Below, one piece after another: positions 40,818 to 51,435 of a DNA stretch of 64,000 nucleotides. Source of the DNA: an uncultured Clostridia bacterium (GTDB lineage: Bacteria > Bacillota > Clostridia > TANB77 > CAG-508). Location: contig CANQPY010000003.1 of assembly GCA_947625835.1 (NCBI GenBank), positions 12,946 through 76,945 on the forward strand. Reading direction: 5' to 3'. Position 1 is the stretch's first letter, and the number at the start of each line of letters is the position of its first letter. The position numbers were made by a program, and so were the translations under genes. The notes under the pieces were generated by a model, which saw only the letters and a program-made list of their open reading frames with translations, did no database searches and was not told where the DNA came from.

Positions 40818-42365
40818 ATGAAAACAAAAACAAGAAAAATGTTAGCATTAATTATTTTAACAATAATGGTATTAACAATTGTACCAATTACTAAGGTTTT
40901 GGCAGAAACAGATGTTAAACCAATATTTGCAATCTCTAAAAATATCATTATGAAAAGAGATGAAACTTCTACATTAGATGTGTCAGTTAATGAAAAGTTG
41001 GAATTTATAAGTTTTAGGACCAACTTAAAATATGATGCAAATGCTATTGAAATTACAGGAATTGATGAAGGAGAGAATTTTCCTAATAATGCAAAATTAA
41101 AAGCAATTACACAAGAAATGGGAGAAAAAATAACTGGACTTGAAATTACGAGTACAAATGGAGAACCAATTGCAATTAATTCTGCACGACTTTTCGGAAT
41201 TAATGTAAAAGCTAAAGATAATGCGAATTTAGGAAAATATACAATTAATTTGACTCAAGCAGAATTATTAAGCGATGATGATGAAAAGATTAATATTACA
41301 CCCCAACCAGGAAGCATAATAATTACTGAAATGGATAATTCTAAGGACAAACCCGAATTTAAAATGATTTACACTGAAAAAATGTTTCCAGGAGAAGAAC
41401 AGATAATTTCAGTTTTGGCTAATGATAAATTGAACTTTAGACTTATCTCTTCACTACTTTCATATGATGATGGTATAGAAGTAGTAGATGTAAAAAAGGG
41501 AAATGGTTTACCAGATGATGCGGAGGTTGTTCTTTACCATGATGGAATATCAGGACAAATTAATGGATTCGATATCCAAGGTAAAGGTGTAATTCAAATA
41601 GATCCAAATGAAGAACTCGTAAATATCACAATAAAAACATCTGAAAATGCTACACCGGGAAATGGGAAAATTGGAATTGATTGGAACGATATTCTTAACC
41701 AAGATTGGAATGAGGTAATAGCAGATGATATATCAGCTAATATTCAAATTATGCCAGAACTTAAAGGAATAGAATTTATAGCTTCAAGAATAGAAATTAG
41801 TAGAGGTACAGAATTTAAAATGCAATATAAACTTACACCAGAAAATATATCTCCACTTCCAAAAATAGAATGGATTACAGCAAATAAAGATGTAGCAACA
41901 GTAGATAGTAACGGAATAGTAACAGCAGTAGGAGTAGGAGAGACAACCATAACAGCAAAAGTAGGAGAATATACGGCAACAGCACAAATAATAGTTACAG
42001 AAAAGCCAACTATAAAACCTATTATAGAAATAAGAAGAAATAAATTAGTAGTAGGAGAAACAGAACAAATAAATGTTAAAATAGAACCAGAAGATGCAGC
42101 AAATTTGATAGAGAAAATAGAATATTCATCAAGTGACCCTACCATTGCAACAGTAGACGAAAAAGGAATTATTAAAGCAATAAATCCAGGAAAAGTGAAG
42201 ATTAATGCAATAATAAATGAAAAATTTGTAAGTGAAGTTGAAATAACTGTGACAAATCCTGATGTTCCAAATACTGGAGATAGTTCAATTACTTTATTTA
42301 TTTCAATAATGCTAATTTCATTTGCTGGAATAGTTTGGCTAACAATTATAAATAAGAAAAAATAA
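40818..42365 (+). CDS. cell-wall-anchored surface protein (two cohesin-like modules, two Big_2 Ig-like domains, sorting signal)
   Basis: Signal peptide ...ITKVLA. Two Big_2 repeats (ATVDSNGIVTAVGVGETTITAKV, ATVDEKGIIKAINPGKVKINAII). C-terminal VPNTG, then a hydrophobic helix and a KKK tail. Confidence 0.75.
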   Translation: MKTKTRKMLALIILTIMVLTIVPITKVLAETDVKPIFAISKNIIMKRDETSTLDVSVNEKLEFISFRTNLKYDANAIEITGIDEGENFPNNAKLKAITQEMGEKITGLEITSTNGEPIAINSARLFGINVKAKDNANLGKYTINLTQAELLSDDDEKINITPQPGSIIITEMDNSKDKPEFKMIYTEKMFPGEEQIISVLANDKLNFRLISSLLSYDDGIEVVDVKKGNGLPDDAEVVLYHDGISGQINGFDIQGKGVIQIDPNEELVNITIKTSENATPGNGKIGIDWNDILNQDWNEVIADDISANIQIMPELKGIEFIASRIEISRGTEFKMQYKLTPENISPLPKIEWITANKDVATVDSNGIVTAVGVGETTITAKVGEYTATAQIIVTEKPTIKPIIEIRRNKLVVGETEQINVKIEPEDAANLIEKIEYSSSDPTIATVDEKGIIKAINPGKVKINAIINEKFVSEVEITVTNPDVPNTGDSSITLFISIMLISFAGIVWLTIINKKK

Positions 42366-42384
42366 TATATTTTAATTAAATGAA

Positions 42385-42430
42385 AAACAGAATTTAAGAC
42401 AATAAAAATCTTGAATTCTGTTTAATTTTT
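42385..42430 (+). terminator. intrinsic terminator after the surface protein gene
   Basis: Stem AAACAGAATT / GAATTCTGTTT with a long loop, followed by AATTTTT. Confidence 0.6.
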
Positions 42431-42570
42431 ATGGATAAAATTTTACCAAAAGTATATACTAATATTATATTAGGATAAATATTTAGTTTATTATCAAATC
42501 GTATATCATAAGAAACAGTAAAAACAATTAGCAATAAAATTATTCAAAGAACTGGATATAATAAATAAAA
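42431..42570 (+). pseudogene. degenerate duplicate of the 3' end of the LCP gene (matches about 39530-39600 and about 39745-39806)
   Basis: GGATAAAATTTTACCAAAAGTATATACTAATATTA...ATATTTAGTTTATT aligns to 39531-39595 with few mismatches. The tail ...ATTATTCAAAGAACTGGATATAATAAATAA aligns to the LCP stop region. The fragment carries internal stops and a roughly 150 nt deletion. Confidence 0.75.
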
Positions 42571-42655
42571 TTAAAGAATAAAGTGTTAACCATATAAGTT
42601 GACACTTTATGTTGCTTTATAAACAATAAAAATATCACAAAAAACGACATTTTTA

Positions 42656-42684
42656 TTGACAATAATGGTAAAAAAATATATAAT
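42656..42684 (+). promoter_or_regulatory. perfect consensus sigma-A promoter TTGACA-17-TATAAT ahead of the polysaccharide locus
   Basis: Hexamers at 42656-42661 and 42679-42684, about 105 nt upstream of the priming transferase. Confidence 0.65.
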
Positions 42685-42789
42685 TATAAAGATAGCATTA
42701 ATAAAATAGATAATAAAAGGCATAAAAATAAGGTAAAAGTACAAATAATAATAAAAATATATTACTAAGAGCAAGTAATATACATACAT

Positions 42790-43521
42790 ATGAGGGGGAT
42801 GAAAATGAGTACTAATACTGAAAATGCAGAATTTATAGAATTAAGAAATAATATTAACATGGATAATAAAATTATAAAAGAAAAAGTAAAAATAAAAGAA
42901 TTACCATATTTTATAACAAAAAGAGTAGTAGATATAATAGGTGCATTAGTTGGACTTATTTTTCTTGTACCAATTACATTAGTAATCTATATTGCAAGAA
43001 AAATATTAAAGGAAGATGATGGACCAATTTTTTATGAGCACTTAAGATATGGAAAAAATGGAAAACAATTTAGAATGTATAAATTTAGATCTATGTGTAT
43101 GAATGCTGATGAAAAACTAAATGAATATTTAGAAGAAAATGAGGAAGCAAGAAAAGAGTATCAAGAATTTAAAAAATTAGTGGATGACCCAAGAATAACG
43201 AAAGTTGGAAAAGTATTAAGAAAAGGAAGTATAGATGAATTTCCTCAATTCTTAAATGTTTTAAAAGGTGAAATGAGCTTAGTTGGTCCGAGACCATATT
43301 TAATTCGAGAAAGGGAAGATATGGGAGAATACTTTGAATTAATTACATCTGTAAAACCAGGAATTACAGGATATTGGCAAATAACTGGAAGAAGTGATGT
43401 GACTTTCAAAGATAGATTAAAAATGGAAAAAAATTATGTGGAAAATAAATCTATTTTACTTGATTTAAAGATATTATTAAAAACGGTTATAAAAATATTA
43501 AAAAAAGAAGGAGCAATGTAA
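42790..43521 (+). CDS. undecaprenyl-phosphate sugar phosphotransferase (bacterial sugar transferase family, short WbaP/CpsE-like form)
   Basis: One TM segment (IIGALVGLIFLVPITLVIYI), YKFRSM, DELPQ-like DEFPQFLNVLKGEMSLVGPRP. Confidence 0.85.
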   Translation: MRGMKMSTNTENAEFIELRNNINMDNKIIKEKVKIKELPYFITKRVVDIIGALVGLIFLVPITLVIYIARKILKEDDGPIFYEHLRYGKNGKQFRMYKFRSMCMNADEKLNEYLEENEEARKEYQEFKKLVDDPRITKVGKVLRKGSIDEFPQFLNVLKGEMSLVGPRPYLIREREDMGEYFELITSVKPGITGYWQITGRSDVTFKDRLKMEKNYVENKSILLDLKILLKTVIKILKKEGAM

Positions 43522-43566
43522 TAAAGATTAATGAAAAATATATAACTAGTAAAGGAGATAATCAAA

Positions 43567-44682
43567 ATGAAAGAAAAAAAATTGAATGGTACAGTTATTG
43601 TTACATATAGATGTAATGCAAGATGTACTATGTGTAATAGATATAAAGCGCCTTCAAAACCAGAAGAAGAAATTTCTATAGAAACAATAAAAAAACTACC
43701 TAAAATGTATTTTACAAACATAACAGGTGGAGAACCATTTATAAGAGATGACTTATCTGACATTGTAAGAGAATTATACAAAAAATCAGACAGAATAGTT
43801 ATTTCTACAAATGGTTTTTTTACCGATAGAATAATAAAACTTTGCGAAGAGTTTCCTAATATAGGAATTAGAATTTCAATAGAAGGTTTAGAAGAAACAA
43901 ATAATAAAATTAGAGGATTAGAAGATGGATACAATAAGGGCTATTCTACATTAAAGAAATTAGTAGAAATGAAACATCCTGATGTAGGATTTGGTATGAC
44001 AGTACAAGATGCAAATGCAAAAGATTTAGTTCCTTTATATGAAAAATCCAATGAATTGAATATGGAATTTGCAACAGCATCATTACATAACAGTTTTTAT
44101 TTTGTTGAATCAAAAAATATTATAAAAGATAGATTAATGGTAAGTAAAGAATTTGAAAAACTAATTAATGAACTATTAAAATCAAATTCACCTAAAAAGT
44201 GGTTTAGAGCATACTTCAATCATGGATTAATTAATTACATATTCGGACAAAAAAGACTTCTTCCATGTGATATGGCATTTGATACATTTTTTATAGATCC
44301 ATATGGGGATGTTATGCCATGTAACGGAACAAAAGAAAAAGAAGTAATGGGAAATCTAAACGAACAAACATGGGATGAATTATGGAACTCTACACAAGCT
44401 GAAGAAGTTAGAAAAAAAGTAAGGCATTGTGATAGACAATGCTGGATGATAGGTTCAGTTAGTCCAGCAATGCATAAATATATTTGGGTTCCTACTTGGT
44501 GGGTTATTAAACATAAATTCTTAAGGTTTTATAAAAAACAAAAATATTCAATGTTTGAAAACAAGATAGTTCAAGATTATAAAGATGGTAAAGTTACTAA
44601 AGAAGAGTTAGACAAATGTTCAACATGTGATATGAATTGTGTTGCAAGTGATGGTTTACGAAACAATAATTATAAAAGGTAA
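43567..44682 (+). CDS. radical SAM protein with a Cys-rich SPASM-like C-terminus
   Basis: CNARCTMCN (CxxxCxxC) near the N-terminus, GGEPF, and C-terminal cysteine clusters (PCDM...PCNG, HCDRQC, CSTCDMNC). Confidence 0.75.
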   Translation: MKEKKLNGTVIVTYRCNARCTMCNRYKAPSKPEEEISIETIKKLPKMYFTNITGGEPFIRDDLSDIVRELYKKSDRIVISTNGFFTDRIIKLCEEFPNIGIRISIEGLEETNNKIRGLEDGYNKGYSTLKKLVEMKHPDVGFGMTVQDANAKDLVPLYEKSNELNMEFATASLHNSFYFVESKNIIKDRLMVSKEFEKLINELLKSNSPKKWFRAYFNHGLINYIFGQKRLLPCDMAFDTFFIDPYGDVMPCNGTKEKEVMGNLNEQTWDELWNSTQAEEVRKKVRHCDRQCWMIGSVSPAMHKYIWVPTWWVIKHKFLRFYKKQKYSMFENKIVQDYKDGKVTKEELDKCSTCDMNCVASDGLRNNNYKR

Positions 44683-44685
44683 AGA

Positions 44686-45687
44686 ATGGAGGAAATTAAA
44701 ATAGACATGAAGTACATTAATGGTACTTATGGTATAAAAAGAAGAAAAAATAATCAAGTATTAGGTATAGTAGATAAAGAACAAACAATTATAATAAGAG
44801 CAATTTGTTGCATAGTTGTTATTTTAGTACATATACCTAAAACACATGGAAACATTATTCAAAATGCAATAGGTTCTTTTGGCTATATTGCTGTAACACT
44901 ATTTTTTATGTTTTCTGCCTATGGTTTAAAGTATAGTGTTGATAATAAGAAAAATTATCTACATGGATTTTGGAAAAATAGAATATTAGTACTTTTAATA
45001 CCGTTTTGGATTGCTAATATAATAAATGTCTGCTGTTATAATAATTCGAATACAATATTAAATAATATATTAATAATTTTAGGAATAAAAAATATTTCAT
45101 TTATCACAATTTTAATATCATACTATATTATATTTTGGACAATGTATAAATTAATAAAAAATAAAAATGTTGCAGATTTGATTATATGTTTGATTGTTTT
45201 TTTGTATAGTGCATTAGGAAAAATATTAAATTTTTCGACAGGATGGATGGTAGAAAGCATTGGATTTATATATGGGATATTAATATATTATTACTCAACA
45301 AATCTTAAGAATTTAAGAAAGTTAAATCAATTTATAATGTTTGCCATAAGTTCAATTATTTTAGTAATTTTGTATTTAAAATACAAGGAAATATATATGC
45401 TAGGAACATGGATGTTAAGAACTCTACTTGCATTGAATTTAATACTTTTACTAATAATTATATTAAATAATTTTGAAATAAAAAGTAAAATTTTGTCATA
45501 CATTGGCAATATAAGCTATGAAGTTTATTTGATGCATGGAATTGTAGTTCATTTAATGTTAAATGTAACAATCCCATCAACATTATGGATAATTTTATGC
45601 ATAATATTAACAATTTTAATATCAACAGTGATTAAATTTGTAGATACAAAGATAATTAATCTTATAAAAAATTCTAGAAAGGTATGA
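44686..45687 (+). CDS. acyltransferase 3 family membrane protein (polysaccharide O-acyltransferase)
   Basis: 333 aa, about 10 TM segments, typical AT3 layout (IRAICCIVVILVH..., ISYEVYLMH). Confidence 0.7.
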   Translation: MEEIKIDMKYINGTYGIKRRKNNQVLGIVDKEQTIIIRAICCIVVILVHIPKTHGNIIQNAIGSFGYIAVTLFFMFSAYGLKYSVDNKKNYLHGFWKNRILVLLIPFWIANIINVCCYNNSNTILNNILIILGIKNISFITILISYYIIFWTMYKLIKNKNVADLIICLIVFLYSALGKILNFSTGWMVESIGFIYGILIYYYSTNLKNLRKLNQFIMFAISSIILVILYLKYKEIYMLGTWMLRTLLALNLILLLIIILNNFEIKSKILSYIGNISYEVYLMHGIVVHLMLNVTIPSTLWIILCIILTILISTVIKFVDTKIINLIKNSRKV

Positions 45688-46802
45688 TTACAAAAATGGA
45701 AAATAAAGAAAAAAAAATTTTTGTAACCATTGATAATGTAAATATAGGTAACCATGAAAGAGAAATATGGATTGATTATACAAAAATGTTTGCTTGTATT
45801 TTAGTAGTAATAGGACATCTACTACAAGGATTAGATAGAGCAAATATTCAATGGAATGAAAACTTATACTATTACATAAATACTTTCATATATATTTTTC
45901 ATATGCCATTATTTATGTGCTTGAGTGGATATTTATATGGAAAATATACAAAAATAAAAAATTGCAATGAGTATGTAAAATTCATAAAGAAAAAAGCAAT
46001 TAACTTAGGATTGCCATATGTTGTGTTTTATGTGACATATGTTTTAATAAATATGTTTTTTTCTAATCAAGTGAATTCTCAAAAAGGAATTGATGATATC
46101 TTAAATATAGCAACTAATCCTATAGCACCATTTTGGTATTTATATGAACTATTTTTTATTTTTTTATTAATACCTATAATACAAAAGATATTAAAAGAAA
46201 ATCATAGAAAAATATTATTACTTTTAGTTTTTGCACATGTATTAGGAATATTCTTTAATACTCATATATATGTAATAAATCAGTTTATGATATATGCAAT
46301 ATATTTTTATATAGGAGTCATACTAGTAAATAGCAAAAAAGAAATGAAAAATACAAAAATGAATATATTAATTTTTGTTTTACTTGCATTAATATATTGC
46401 TATATTAAAAAGAATAATTTATTGAACACACACCTACTAAGAATCGTCAACTTTGTATTAGCTATATATGGAATAATTGTTAGTATAGAAATTTTCAAAA
46501 AATATTATAAAAAATTTGAAAAAATAAAAATTTGTAATACTATAGCAAAATATACGTTTCCAATATATTTAATGCACACGACATTTTCGGCAGGAATAAG
46601 AATTGCTTTATTAAAAATTGGAATTAATAATTTCTATATACACTTTATACTAGGTTTTATAATAGGTGTATTTGTTCCAATGATTATAGCAAAAATATTA
46701 GCAAAAACAAAATATGGAAATATTATTTTATATCCGTTAAAAACCATAGATAAAAGAAGGGAATATAAAACAAAAAATGAAAATTGCAATGATAGGTCAT
46801 AA
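45684..46802 (+). CDS. acyltransferase 3 family membrane protein
   Basis: 372 aa polytopic protein; WIDYTKMFACILVVIGH, FPIYLMH. Confidence 0.7.
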   Translation: MITKMENKEKKIFVTIDNVNIGNHEREIWIDYTKMFACILVVIGHLLQGLDRANIQWNENLYYYINTFIYIFHMPLFMCLSGYLYGKYTKIKNCNEYVKFIKKKAINLGLPYVVFYVTYVLINMFFSNQVNSQKGIDDILNIATNPIAPFWYLYELFFIFLLIPIIQKILKENHRKILLLLVFAHVLGIFFNTHIYVINQFMIYAIYFYIGVILVNSKKEMKNTKMNILIFVLLALIYCYIKKNNLLNTHLLRIVNFVLAIYGIIVSIEIFKKYYKKFEKIKICNTIAKYTFPIYLMHTTFSAGIRIALLKIGINNFYIHFILGFIIGVFVPMIIAKILAKTKYGNIILYPLKTIDKRREYKTKNENCNDRS

Positions 46803-47928
46803 ACGTATACCATCAAGAGAGGGTGGAGTAGAAGTTGTTGTTGAAGAACTTTCTACTAGACTAGTAAAAAGTGGACACCAAGTTGATGTGTATAATAGAA
46901 AAGGAAAAAATGTTCAAGATAAAAACGCAGACAAAGACAAAAGAAAAATAAAAGAATATAAGGGAGTAAGAATTATAACAATTCCAACAATTAATAAAAA
47001 GGGTGTAGATGCACTATTATATTCGTTTTTTGCAAGTATACGTGCACTATTTGGAAAATATGATGTTTTGCATTATCATGCAGAAGGTTCATGTGCAATG
47101 TTGTGGATTCCCCATTTATTTAGAAAAAAGATTGTAGTAACAATACATGGGTTAGATTGGCAAAGAGCTAAATGGGGAGGATTTGCAACTAAATATATAA
47201 AATTTGGAGAAAAATTAGCAGTAAAATATGCAGATAATATAATAGTTTTATCAAAAAATGTTCAACAATATTTTAAAACGACTTATAATAGAGAAACACA
47301 TTTTATACCAAATGGAATTAATATGCCAACTATAAGAGAAGCAAACATTATAGAAAAAAAATACAATTTAAAAAAAGATGATTATATTTTATTCTTAGCT
47401 AGAATAGTACCAGAAAAAGGATTACATTATTTAATAAATGCATATAAACAAATAGATACAGAAAAAAGATTAGTAATTGCAGGAGGAGCCAGTCACACAA
47501 ACGATTATTTAGAAGAAATAAAAAGCAAAGTATTCGAAGATGATAGAATCATAATGACTGGCTTTGTGCAAGGCGAAGAATTAGAAGAACTATTTAGTAA
47601 TTGCTATTTATATTGTCTTCCAAGTGATGTAGAGGGAATGCCATTATCTTTATTAGAAGCAATGAGTTTTGGATGTAAATGTTTAGTAAGTGATATTGAA
47701 GAAAACAATCAAGTAGTAGAAAATTACGCATGGAAATTTCCAAAAGGCGATGAAAAAAAATTAAAAGAAGTTTTAGAGCAAGTACTAAACAATAGCAATG
47801 AATATCAATCAACACAAATATCTGAATATATTCTTAAAAAATATAATTGGAATGAAGTTTTAAGAAGTACAGAAAAATTATATAACAGCAAAGGAAGTAA
47901 AAAAGTTGAAAATATTATTAGTAAATAA
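46777..47928 (+). CDS. GT4 family glycosyltransferase
   Basis: 383 aa; N-terminal GGVE, C-terminal EGMPLSLLEAMSFG (the E(x7)E region). Confidence 0.8.
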   Translation: MKIAMIGHKRIPSREGGVEVVVEELSTRLVKSGHQVDVYNRKGKNVQDKNADKDKRKIKEYKGVRIITIPTINKKGVDALLYSFFASIRALFGKYDVLHYHAEGSCAMLWIPHLFRKKIVVTIHGLDWQRAKWGGFATKYIKFGEKLAVKYADNIIVLSKNVQQYFKTTYNRETHFIPNGINMPTIREANIIEKKYNLKKDDYILFLARIVPEKGLHYLINAYKQIDTEKRLVIAGGASHTNDYLEEIKSKVFEDDRIIMTGFVQGEELEELFSNCYLYCLPSDVEGMPLSLLEAMSFGCKCLVSDIEENNQVVENYAWKFPKGDEKKLKEVLEQVLNNSNEYQSTQISEYILKKYNWNEVLRSTEKLYNSKGSKKVENIISK

Positions 47929-49111
47929 GTTTTTATACCCTAAAGGTGGCTCAGAAACTTATGTAATAAAATTAGGAAAATTTTTAGAAGAACAAGGGCA
48001 CGAAGTACAATATTTTGGATTATATAATAAAAATAATATATTAAATAATAATTTTAATTTATATGTTAAAGACATAGATTTTCAAAAGAAAAATTTAAAG
48101 ACTATGTTTGGAATCGCAAGAATTATTCATTGTCGTGAGGCTCAAAGGAAAATATATCAACTACTTAAAAAATTTAATCCTGATATGATTATTTTAAACA
48201 ATATTGAGTATCACCTTACACCATCTATTATAATATCAATTGGTAAATATAAAAAAAAGATAAATAAAAATGCAAAATTATTTTATGTAGCACATGACTA
48301 TCAATTAGTATGTCCAAGCCATGGGTTATTTAATATAAATATAGAACCATGTGAAAGATGCTTAAATGGAAATTATTGGAATTGCTATAGAACTAAATGT
48401 TTAAAAAATTCAAGACTAAAAAGTTTAATTGGAACTATTGATTCATTTTATTGGCACAAACGAAACATATATAAATATGTTAATAAAATAATTTGTCCTA
48501 GTAATTTTATGAAACAAAAATTAGATACAAATGATGAATTGAAAAATAAAACAATTGTTATACATAATTTTGTAGATAATAAAGCAAATTTAGAAAATAC
48601 ACAAACAGAAAAAAAAGATTATATAATATATTTTGGAAAGTTATGCAAAGATAAAGGAATAGAAACATTATTAGAAGTAGTAAAAACAATTCCAGAAATA
48701 AAATTCATTTTTGCAGGTTATGGACCTTTAGAAAACGAAATTGAAAAAATTAAGAATGCACAATATGTAGGTTTTAAGAAAGGTAGTGAATTACAAAATC
48801 TAATATCATCAGCAAGACTTAGCATATGTTCATCAGAATGCTATGAAAATTGTCCATTTTCTGTAATAGAATCACAAATGTATGGAACACCAGTACTAGG
48901 ATCTAATATGGGTGGAATTCCAGAATTAATTTCAATAGGAAAAACAGGAGAAATTTTTGAAGCAAAAAATATAGAACAATTAAAAAACAAAATTTTGAAC
49001 CTATGGAACAACAAAGAAAAGTTAAAAAAATATTCAGAAAATTGTAAAGAAATGAAATTTGAAACACTGGATACATATACAAAAAAAATATTAGAAATTT
49101 ATGAAGAATGA
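47906..49111 (+). CDS. GT4 family glycosyltransferase
   Basis: 401 aa, TTG start; KGGSETY, ENCPFSVIESQMYGTPVLGSNMGGIPE. Confidence 0.75.
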   Translation: MKILLVNKFLYPKGGSETYVIKLGKFLEEQGHEVQYFGLYNKNNILNNNFNLYVKDIDFQKKNLKTMFGIARIIHCREAQRKIYQLLKKFNPDMIILNNIEYHLTPSIIISIGKYKKKINKNAKLFYVAHDYQLVCPSHGLFNINIEPCERCLNGNYWNCYRTKCLKNSRLKSLIGTIDSFYWHKRNIYKYVNKIICPSNFMKQKLDTNDELKNKTIVIHNFVDNKANLENTQTEKKDYIIYFGKLCKDKGIETLLEVVKTIPEIKFIFAGYGPLENEIEKIKNAQYVGFKKGSELQNLISSARLSICSSECYENCPFSVIESQMYGTPVLGSNMGGIPELISIGKTGEIFEAKNIEQLKNKILNLWNNKEKLKKYSENCKEMKFETLDTYTKKILEIYEE

Positions 49112-49122
49112 GGTAAATTCAA

Positions 49123-50292
49123 GTGAAATTAATAGAAGTAGGAACAGGATATACATCAATCCCTGCAAATATGGGGGCAGCTACAGAAATAGTAGTAGAA
49201 GAACTAGCAAAAGTTTTTGAAAAAGATAATATTAATTATGAAATATTTGATATTAAAGATGAAAACAGAAAAAAAACAAATTTACGTATAAAGGAAATTA
49301 ATGTACCTAAAATATTTAGAAAGAAAGATACTACCTTAGGTATAATGCACAAATTTAAAAGAGTTGCTTATTCATTAAGTTTGTCAAAAGTACTAAGAAA
49401 AGAAATTAAAAACTCTAATGAAGAAATAGCAATACATTTTCATAACCAATATAATATGTTCTTCTTTTTAATAACAACTTCAAAAAAATTAAGAAAAAAA
49501 GTCAAAACATATTATACTGTCCATAGTTATATTTGGAGTAATACATGGGAAGAAATACAATCAACTATAAATAAAAAGTATTTTCAAGAAATATATAGTA
49601 TTAAAAATGCAGACAAGATATTTGTGTTAAATAAAACAAATGAAAATCATTTTACAGAAAAATTAAATGTTGACAAAGAAAAAATAGTTATAATAGATAA
49701 TGGGGTAAATACAGATATATATAAACCAACAAAACAAAATAAAAATAATACAACTTTTTTCCATTCTGGTTCGGTTTGTGACCGAAAAAATCAAATGGAA
49801 TGTGTAAAAAGACTCTACAGCTATATGAAGAAAGATAAAAATATAGAATTTTTATATGCAGGAGGAATTATAGATTCAGATTACAAACAAAATATAGATA
49901 ATTTTGTGAAAAAAAATGAGTTAGAAAAACAAGTAACATATTTGGGTGAATTAACTCCTGGAGAGGAAATGAATAAATATTATAGTAGTAGTAAAGCTTT
50001 TATGTTTCCGTCTAAGCAAGAGTCATTTGGAATGGTAATATTAGAAGCAATGTCGGCAGGTTTACCTGTAATAACAAATAATAAATCAATAATAAAAATA
50101 CTTGAAAAACTAAAAGATGTAATATTGTTTTATGAAGATGAAGAATCTTTTAATGATATAATAAAAAATAAAATTTTGAATGAAGAAGAAAGAGTAAAAA
50201 TAGGTGAAAAATCAAGAAAAATTGTTGAGCAAGAATATAGTTGGAATGTAATAGCACATAAATATTTAAAAGAATTTGGGTTTGAAATATAA
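49123..50292 (+). CDS. GT4 family glycosyltransferase
   Basis: 389 aa; ESFGMVILEAMSAGLPVI. Confidence 0.75.
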   Translation: MKLIEVGTGYTSIPANMGAATEIVVEELAKVFEKDNINYEIFDIKDENRKKTNLRIKEINVPKIFRKKDTTLGIMHKFKRVAYSLSLSKVLRKEIKNSNEEIAIHFHNQYNMFFFLITTSKKLRKKVKTYYTVHSYIWSNTWEEIQSTINKKYFQEIYSIKNADKIFVLNKTNENHFTEKLNVDKEKIVIIDNGVNTDIYKPTKQNKNNTTFFHSGSVCDRKNQMECVKRLYSYMKKDKNIEFLYAGGIIDSDYKQNIDNFVKKNELEKQVTYLGELTPGEEMNKYYSSSKAFMFPSKQESFGMVILEAMSAGLPVITNNKSIIKILEKLKDVILFYEDEESFNDIIKNKILNEEERVKIGEKSRKIVEQEYSWNVIAHKYLKEFGFEI

Positions 50293-50316
50293 GCACAGAA
50301 TAGAAAGGAAAGATTA

Positions 50317-51435
50317 ATGAAAGTTAGTATAATAACAAGACACTCCGTTCCAAATTATGGTTCTTTATTGCAAACGTATGCAACACAACGAACAATAGAA
50401 GAACTAGGGTACGAAGCCGAAATTATAGATTATACAAGATATGAAGAAAGAAGTAATAATTTATCAAATACTTTAATAAAAGGAAAAAAGTGGGACAAAA
50501 ATTTTTTAACAAGATTTATATATAAAACATTGCAAACCAAAAACTATGCAAGAATGTATAAAAAGTTTGATGGCTATAGAAAAGAAATATTAAATCAAAG
50601 TGATATAAATTATGGAAATATAGTAGAACTTGAAAATAATCCGCCCGTAGCAGATATATTTTGTTCAGGTAGTGATCAAATATGGGGAAAAATAGGAACG
50701 GTAAATTATGATGAAACATATTTTTTAGAATTTGTAAAAAATAAAAAATGTATCTCGTATGGAGCGAGTTTTGGAACATCTAAACTTGATGAACAATTAG
50801 ACAACAATATTAATAAATTATTAGAAAAGTATACAAGTATTTTAGTAAGAGAAGACTCAGCAAAACAAATTTTAGAGAAAAAAGGAATAAAAAATGTATA
50901 CCAAGTTTTGGATCCAACATTTTTAATTAATAAAAATGAATTAGAAAACTTTACAAAAAAAGCAGAAAGAAAAGAAAAAACAAAATATATTTTAGTTTAC
51001 CAATTACATGCAAATAAAGAATTTAATAAATATGCAAAGGAAATAGCAAAAAGAAAAAATCTTAAATTAATTAGAGTAGGATATTCAATATATCATATAT
51101 TCAGAAGTGGAAAACTAATACTCTTACCTACACCTTATGAATTTTTAAATTATATAAAAAATGCTGAATATGTATTAACAGATTCTTTTCATGCTACAGC
51201 ACTTTCAATAATTTTTAATAAAAAGTTTATTGATATATTACCTAACAATAATACTCAAACAAGAATAGAAAGTGTTTTAAAATTATTTGGAATAGAAAAA
51301 CAAATTTTAAAAAATTATAATAATTTTGAATTAATTGATAACACTATAAATTATGATATAGTAAACAAAAAGATACAGGAAGAGAAAGAAAAATCAATAA
51401 GTTTGTTAAAAAATGCCATAGAAAATGGCAATTAA
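50317..51435 (+). CDS. polysaccharide pyruvyl transferase family protein
   Basis: 372 aa; NYGSLLQTYATQ, GSDQIWG, and a late DSFHA motif. Confidence 0.75.
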   Translation: MKVSIITRHSVPNYGSLLQTYATQRTIEELGYEAEIIDYTRYEERSNNLSNTLIKGKKWDKNFLTRFIYKTLQTKNYARMYKKFDGYRKEILNQSDINYGNIVELENNPPVADIFCSGSDQIWGKIGTVNYDETYFLEFVKNKKCISYGASFGTSKLDEQLDNNINKLLEKYTSILVREDSAKQILEKKGIKNVYQVLDPTFLINKNELENFTKKAERKEKTKYILVYQLHANKEFNKYAKEIAKRKNLKLIRVGYSIYHIFRSGKLILLPTPYEFLNYIKNAEYVLTDSFHATALSIIFNKKFIDILPNNNTQTRIESVLKLFGIEKQILKNYNNFELIDNTINYDIVNKKIQEEKEKSISLLKNAIENGN

